A stretch of DNA of 64,000 nt, taken from NCBI GenBank assembly GCA_013265495.1, contig MU058198.1:7703779-7767778 (forward strand). The letters are read 5' to 3'. A program made the translations under genes and the position numbers. The stretch is from Vicugna vicugna. Taxonomy: Eukaryota. Every line of letters begins with the position of its first letter. Within the stretch, counting starts at the first letter, position 1. The notes beneath the pieces were generated by a model. It saw nothing but the letters and a program-made list of their open reading frames with translations, had not been told where the DNA came from and made no database searches. Shown here piece by piece: positions 51,900-64,000 of the stretch.

Positions 51900-54030
51900 T
51901 TCCCTTGGCCAGAATATTGTCTTACTGTGTTGTTGTTTCTCTGCTTAGAAGAATGAGACTTTCTGGAGTGTGCTCCAAAATAACTTGAGGTGGGGTCTAA
52001 AATGCACACTCCATGTTACTGAATGGAGTGACCTTCTGAGTGGGAGTATTTGAGAGACAATTGATAAAGGTTCACATTCTGACAGGACTCTGTACCAGAA
52101 GCCAAGTTGACTGGTATGGTCAAGATGTGCCCCCTGAAGCTCCCACTTGTGGCAGGAAGAGTAACTGCTCTTCTTTCCATTTTACTCTGCCAGGCACCCC
52201 CACCCCTTGCCTCTATCACCTGATCTCTAGGGGCCACGGTGGCACAAAGTCACCATTTGGGTCTCTCATCCTTTCCCCAGTAGAGCCCCTGATCAACTGA
52301 GTCCTATTGGAGCTAAAAATTGCTCCAGGACTCATCGCTTTGGTCTCAAATGAGCAGCCCTAGGGTATAATGCAAAGAAACAATTACTTTAGAACACATT
52401 CTGCTAATAGTTGCACAAAATAAATCCAGATAAAGTACAGATGCTCCCAGACTCATTTCAAACCTATGGCAGCTTGATGCTGAAATGCTGAGTGTAGCTG
52501 CCAAGGAAGGAGCTCGGTGGTGCCACTTTCACTGCTTGGGGTGGACGCTGCCTTTGTAACAGCTTGCTGCAAAACAAACACTGAACACTATTTTCACTTT
52601 TTGTCTTTTTTTTGTAAAAGCAAAAACCCTCTTTGGATATCTTTCGGTTAGCAAAAACAGGTTCTAATGTAGATCTTTTGTAAAGGGTGACTGGCACAAA
52701 GTGAACTTTCAAGAACAAGGTTTACTTCATTTTGTTTTATTTTATTATCTCGATGTAATGATTCACCAGATTTCACACAACAGAACATGTTTTATCTTTA
52801 GGTCTGTGCCCATTCGTCCTCCAGCCTCTTTTTGAGATATACAGTGTTTCCAGGGTACAGAGATTAAAAATTAAAGGTCTTATTCCTCAGAAATCTTAGA
52901 GGCTAAAGTAACAGTCTGAATTATTGAGAACCGCTAGTTAAAGCAGGTCCTGCACATCTATTTACTTTTGCTAATACAGTTGACCCTTGAGCATCTCAGG
53001 TTTTCCTGATAAATTCCAATTACTCTGTGGTACTTGAGTATATTCAAATGCTTATCATGTTCTTTAGATAACACCACTGAATAAGAGTTTTAGAAATGAA
53101 TTCAAGATTACACAGGAAAACTCTTACCCAGAGAGTTTATGCGAACTATTTCATTGTAAACACTACTTCTTGTCTTGGACTAGTAAAAGGAAGTTCTGAA
53201 ATTCACAGGCCATGGTGAGTTACAACCCCATCATTCCACTGTGGTTAGATATATTTTGATATGATTATCAGCAAATTTCCACACAATTTTGGTACCGGTT
53301 CAGAAGGTTTTTCCTATTGTCATAGAAAAAGTGGCAGATAAAAATCATATTGAGCAGAATTACATTATTTTTCCCTGTGGATGAAAATAAACCATGCCTC
53401 TATCTCCAATTTAACACTCAGTGGTGGTTAGAGTTTTGGGTGACAGGATAATGTGTTTCTTCTTCTACCGCAGAGGCGAAATGCATCTTCACATAAAAAT
53501 TACTAAAGCCGTATTTACCCAGAGAAATGTCTTCTAATGTCAGTAAGGATCATCAGGTAAGAAAACTCCTGGAATGAGAAGCAAACCTTCCAATCTTACT
53601 AGGCCATTTTTTTCACACTTTTTATTTTTTTATTTAAAATTTTTTTTCACACTTTATATTTTTTAAAACAAGGTTTTTCTTAAGTTATTTCATATGCAGC
53701 TTTCAATAAAGAAAGGAGTTGCTAAATTCTCTGGTTTCTAATCAGCTAAGAGGCAGAAGCCTTAGGGCAAAATTCTTAAAAAAAAAAATTCCAAACCTGT
53801 TTAGTTGGAAACAGAAGAATTTATTGTGGAAATTACAACAAATGCCCTTTCAGATGTGTGCATGTCTGTGTCTGATGGTTTATATGTTCTTGGTGTGTGC
53901 AGTCTGGCCAAGCTTTTGTTGGAGACCCACCAGATTTGAAGACTTAATACAAGAAAAAAAAAGTAAAATATCCCACTGATTTGTTTTACTTATTAAAATG
54001 TTGCTCCTAGAAAATTTTGGAGTACAAAAG

Positions 54031-54136
54031 TGGGGGGAGGGTATGTATAGCTCAGTGGTAGAGTGTATGCTTACCATGTATAAGATCCTGGGTCTCCAGT
54101 ACCTCTTTTAAAAAATAATAATAATAAAAAAAATAA
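54031..54136 (+). mobile_element. tRNA-derived short SINE
   Basis: tatagctcagtggtagagtgtatgctta head and (AAT)n/A tail. Confidence 0.8.
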
Positions 54137-56079
54137 ATTTTTAAAAACTGCATAAGTGGATCTTACTGCTGTAGATAGTTCCCATGAGTCACTTATTTTT
54201 ATAAGTTTTTTTATATGTGTAATTTTCATTTTAGTTGCCGTATAGAGAAAGTCAGGAGACCTCTTCTATCTTCCTCTTAAAATATGCAAATAAGTTTGAA
54301 AAAGTATATCTTTGGCATGTTAGGGTTCAGGTCTTTGTATAAACAAGGTCAAGCACAAATAAGTGTCTTCAGACTTTTTGCGTATTTCTCAGGAAGTCCT
54401 TGTCCTGCTACCTTTTCTCTGCCCTTCTCCTTTTTCCTTTGTCTTCAGAGTGAGAGACCCTCCCTGACAGGCGATGGTGTGGAAATGCCACCAGAGCCGC
54501 TTATGTGTCATTTTCAGGAACCAGGTACCAGTATTTGGGGCTGGCCAGTTTGTTCCCCTGGAACCGCTAACGCATTTGGAAGTGGACATGCTACAATGAC
54601 GGGACAGTTTTGCCCTTTGGCTTCACCATGACCACCAAAGTCCTCGCCCGTGCCCTTCCTGTCTCCTGGCCCTGCCTCCTAGGAGACTTTCTGCCATTCT
54701 TGGTCAGACCTAGTGAACTGTGTGGCTCTTGTCCAGCTGGTCCAAGCAGGTTCTCTCTTAGTGCAGCCCAATGATCTGCCCAGTATTTATTTTCCCGATT
54801 CTGTTGACCATGACAACCTCCCATAGAGACACAAAACCTGAGTAGGCACCCTCCCCCACCTCACCCAGAGGCATTTCCAGTCCTGAGTGCTGCCTGAGGA
54901 AATAATTAGGCAATAATTCCTTACTTTAAGCCGTGCATCTCGAAGGACAGGTGAGAGAGAAAAGGACATCATGCAACTATGTTCTAAGCCCAGTTACAGG
55001 TGCTCTGCAGATGGAAATATCATTTGATTTTCATGTTATACCTACAAGGTCACTTTCTTTCATTCTTGTTTTGAGTGACATAAAATAGCAGAGTCATCTT
55101 ATACCTTAGGACCCCTACTTAGGGTGGTGTCGGTTTTGCCCTGCAAAAGTGTTGTGTCTGAGAGCCAAATTGGGGCTGAAGGAAATTCAGCTCCCACTCT
55201 ACTTGCTAAGCCCTGGGCCCTGCATGGGCTGCATCAGCCTAGAGGAAGGGACATTTTCACAATTCATACAAAAATGCACTGCAGCCTAGAAGTACCCAGG
55301 TCTGGCCCAAAGTCCCCGCTCTGTCCCTCTCAAGGCTCCTGAGAAGAGGGATGTTGCCTGCTCTCCCCAACACCCACCAACCTGGGGCCCTGTAGACAGG
55401 GACCCAGCCACAGTGCCAGGAAGACAGACCCGCAGTCAAGCTGGCTCCTCTTTCCTTCTTCTGTTCATGCCGTTCTTGGGCTGACAGATGCTTTGTTCAC
55501 CTGGTAGACTCCCAGCTGACATGCCGTCACATCAGTTACAGGGAAAGCTGATCCTCCCCACCCTACTCACTGCAAAACTGATCAGCCCTCCTCGGCCCCA
55601 CCCTATAACATCCTCTTTCTGCCTATTGATTGGTTTCACCCTATAACATCCTCTTACTGCCTACTACTATGCCACTCTGTAAGAGATAATTTCTTTTTGA
55701 ATTGGTCAATATACATTCACGGTAAAAAATTAAAATATAAAGGAGGATGCAGGGAAAAGTAAGTTTCTTTCATACACTCAGTCCCAAGTTTCTCAGACTT
55801 CTCCAGACATAACCACTGATACTAACTTTTTCTTCTTCCAGAGGTATTTTATGTATGAACATATATATATGTCAGTTACTCTACCCCCTACACTTTAAAA
55901 CCCAAAGAATAACATATTACACACATATTGCGTAGTACCTTCCTCCTCTCTCCCAGTAATAATAGAGCTTAGATAGTTTTTATATCTCTGCATTTAGATC
56001 CACCTCATTAAAAAAAATCTCATGATATCTGTACACTTAGATCCATCTCATTTTTTTAATCTCATAGTATGGCTGTATC

Positions 56080-56280
56080 ACAGTGGTTCTCAATCTGAGG
56101 TGATGATGTAACCGCATCTCCAGCCAGGAGACAATTTTGGTTACTACAGTGAGGGATTGTTACAAAAACCTAACACAGATAGAGGCCAGGAATGCTGCTA
56201 AATATCCTCCAATACACAGGATAGTCCCCCACAGCAAAGAATTATCTGGTCTAAAATGGCAAGAGTGCTGAGATTGATAC
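56080..56280. mobile_element. MER20 fragment
   Basis: cagtggttctcaa terminus and gaggccaggaatgctgctaaatatcct...aaagaattatctgg internal text. Confidence 0.7.
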
Positions 56281-57748
56281 AGTGTTCTGTATAATAACTA
56301 AGTTAACCAGATCCTCTGTTGGTAGGCACTTAAGTGGTTTCTAATAGTTTGATATATAGACAATGCTGCAATGACAGTTGTATAAATTGAAGTTCTTGAT
56401 TGTGATTGTGGCCGATATTAATGGCAATTGACACTGGCTTCCATGTCAAAAATAACAGGGAGTAAGGGAGACTCTGGTCAATTGCACGCACGTGCCCAGT
56501 GGCTTCTTGTTTCAGCTGCCCCTTGTCCTGTGGGAAAGTGGAGTGCAAGTTGCAAGTAAATCTGAATTTCCCTTTTTGTCCTTGCTCTCACAGGGAGTGA
56601 ACAGGCTTCAGAACACTGTAAAGTGTTCATATAATCAACAAAAGGAATGTTTTGCAGTCACACATGCCTGGATTTGAATCAGGACCCCTGATCCTTAGTT
56701 GTTCTATAACCATGGATTGTACTTGGCCTCTCTGACTCTCACTTTTCTTACCTATAAAATGGAGATATCTTTACTTTCTTCATGACACTGTAATGGGTAA
56801 GCAATTAATTATGCATTTTGAAACAACTTAAGCCCTATACAAGTATCAGTTACTACTGGATCTCCATAGTGGTTCAGGAAAATAAAAAGTAGCCTTCTAT
56901 CAGTAAAAGGCTGGGAGATTACAGATTTAAACTAAACGTTCTCTGAAATCCAGAGGGCTTGGGTATTCCCCATTCCATGGCTACTCAGGGGCTAGGCCGT
57001 GAGGTTGTTGGTGGGTGATCAGTGCTTGACCAGACTAGGACCCAGGGGTCCGGGCTAAACTCTATGCTTTCTTTCATATCAAACTTCACAATCCACAAAC
57101 CCTGGTAAGGACTAAGGAGACGCAACCCTGAAAGACGATGCATGAAAACCTAGACGTAGGAAGAGAGTCGGTGTGTGTAGTCGGGGGAGGAACGTTAGAG
57201 TTGGCGCCGGAGGGAGGAAGCGTCTGAAGCAGTAGGAGAGCAATGGAGCGCAGGAGCTCCCCATCGTGAATGAAAGTGGGGCCCAGTGAAAGGGGCCAGC
57301 CAGAGGAATTTCGGTTCCCGCCCCACGACTCCCAGCTTTGACTACAGTTCCGCCCGCAGACGCCCTCGGCCCCTCGCCCCGCCCCCGGGGGTTAATCGGT
57401 CCGTACCATTATGCCCTCATAGGGGTGGACGTGAATCGTGAGGCTAGTCCTGCAGAGGAAATCTAAATTCTCTGACAAAAAATAGGATTATGTATGTTAT
57501 TGCAAGGTTCTTAGTTATTAAGTTTCCTTTCTCCCTGATAGGATCCTCCATCCTCCCTGAAGGGTGGCAGGAGTCCGGCCATGCTTCTCCCTTTCCTTTC
57601 CGCATTTGGTGCATTCCTCCGGCATACGTAGGCGGGGAGGCGTACATAAACCTCGACGCAGGAGGCGGGGTTGCTCAGTCCGCGAGGCGTCGGTGCTCTG
57701 TAGCGTTGGAATCTTACTGCTTCTCGGCCTGTGCGCGCGTGCGCGGAC

Positions 57749-62956
<5,208 letters not shown>

Positions 62957-64000
62957 GTAAGTGAACAGAGTTTCCAAAATTCCCAACTCCCAGCAATGCT
63001 TTGTCTGATTGTTCATTTGCAGATGTCTTAGCGTGTTTTAAGTGTCAAAGGTTTGGAAGTGTCCAGAACACCTCTAGAAAGGTGTGGGGTAGAATGCCAC
63101 CTGCTGCCAAATGTGTGCTAGCCTGGAGGCAGGCAGGGGTAAGACTCAGCAGTCATCTGGTACCAAATTGGTTTGACCCAGGTTAATAAGAGGCGTTTAG
63201 TAGGCCTCTGACAGGAGTGTTGCCACACCTGGCACTTAGTGATCACCGTTACGAGAAACTGGAGAGAGTGTGCTGGAACACGTGGTGCCAACTTGGCTTT
63301 AGGATCCTTTTGATCAGTGTGTCCAAGGCTAGTGTGTGTGTGTAACAACCTCCAAATGTTTTAATTCTGGACGAGGGATGTGAAATATTGCCCTGCCCTG
63401 AGGATGGTGATGTTGGTATATATTTATACGTTAAATACTGAATGGTGTCAATGCAATTCTACATACATGTATTGAAACTCAACTCAGATGGGCAAATAGA
63501 AACTAGCTCTGGGAAGGAAGGTGTGCACTATTTCCAAGAAAGGTTGGGAGCATGTGTGGCTCACGGGAAATAACCAGGTCTTATAACAGCACAAACTTGA
63601 ATTCATGGAAAAATGGCAAATTTGAGAAGTCTCCCAGTAAGCTGGAACTTTTCTGGTTTGGTTAACTAACAAAAGGTTTCTTGATTTGTCTCAACATTTA
63701 AAGCCAAAGGCTTGGGTTCCTGATTTAGGTGTCATTGAGTGTGGGTACAACTTACATATGGTGAATTCAGATAAACTTTGGTCAAAGATGGTCTCTGGAA
63801 AAAAAAAATAGAGGCTGCATTATGGAAATAAGATTTCTGGTCTGTTCCCTGGGACATGCTTAAAAATACAATAGCTATTATGTATGATTCTTATTTTCAT
63901 GTGGTTTTGGGGGAAACAACACGGTTTTAAGAATGGTTTCTAAAGATGAAATTAAAAATTGTTCCATGAGAGATAAGTGTCTTTGGTGTTAAAAGTTTGG

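Overview
Mammalian genomic DNA, probably camelid judging by the short tRNA-derived SINE family and the artiodactyl-type L1 3' ends. It is syntenic with the human 16p11.2 block PRSS53(-), VKORC1(-), BCKDK(+), KAT8(+), PRSS8(-), PRSS36(-), FUS(+, exons 1-7 only, truncated by the window end). I assembled every coding exon by hand using GT-AG boundaries. All six complete genes give uninterrupted frames: PRSS53 553 aa, VKORC1 163 aa, BCKDK 412 aa, KAT8 458 aa, PRSS8 341 aa, PRSS36 856 aa. Most ORF-track entries are antisense shadows or intron read-through of these exons. Hidden layers worth a look: an intact 168-codon overlapping +1-frame ORF (altFUS orthologue) in FUS exons 3-6; tandem splice sites at FUS; a 19-codon uORF in the BCKDK 5' UTR; phase-compatible VKORC1-PRSS53 read-through; an identical ZNF143/THAP11-type 13-mer in the divergent VKORC1 and BCKDK promoters; and KAT8/PRSS8 poly(A) signals about 90 bp apart. 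I found no convincing wholly new biological system. The best leads are known phenomena conserved here, plus a few testable inferences. Repeat family names and human comparisons are from recall, not from a search.
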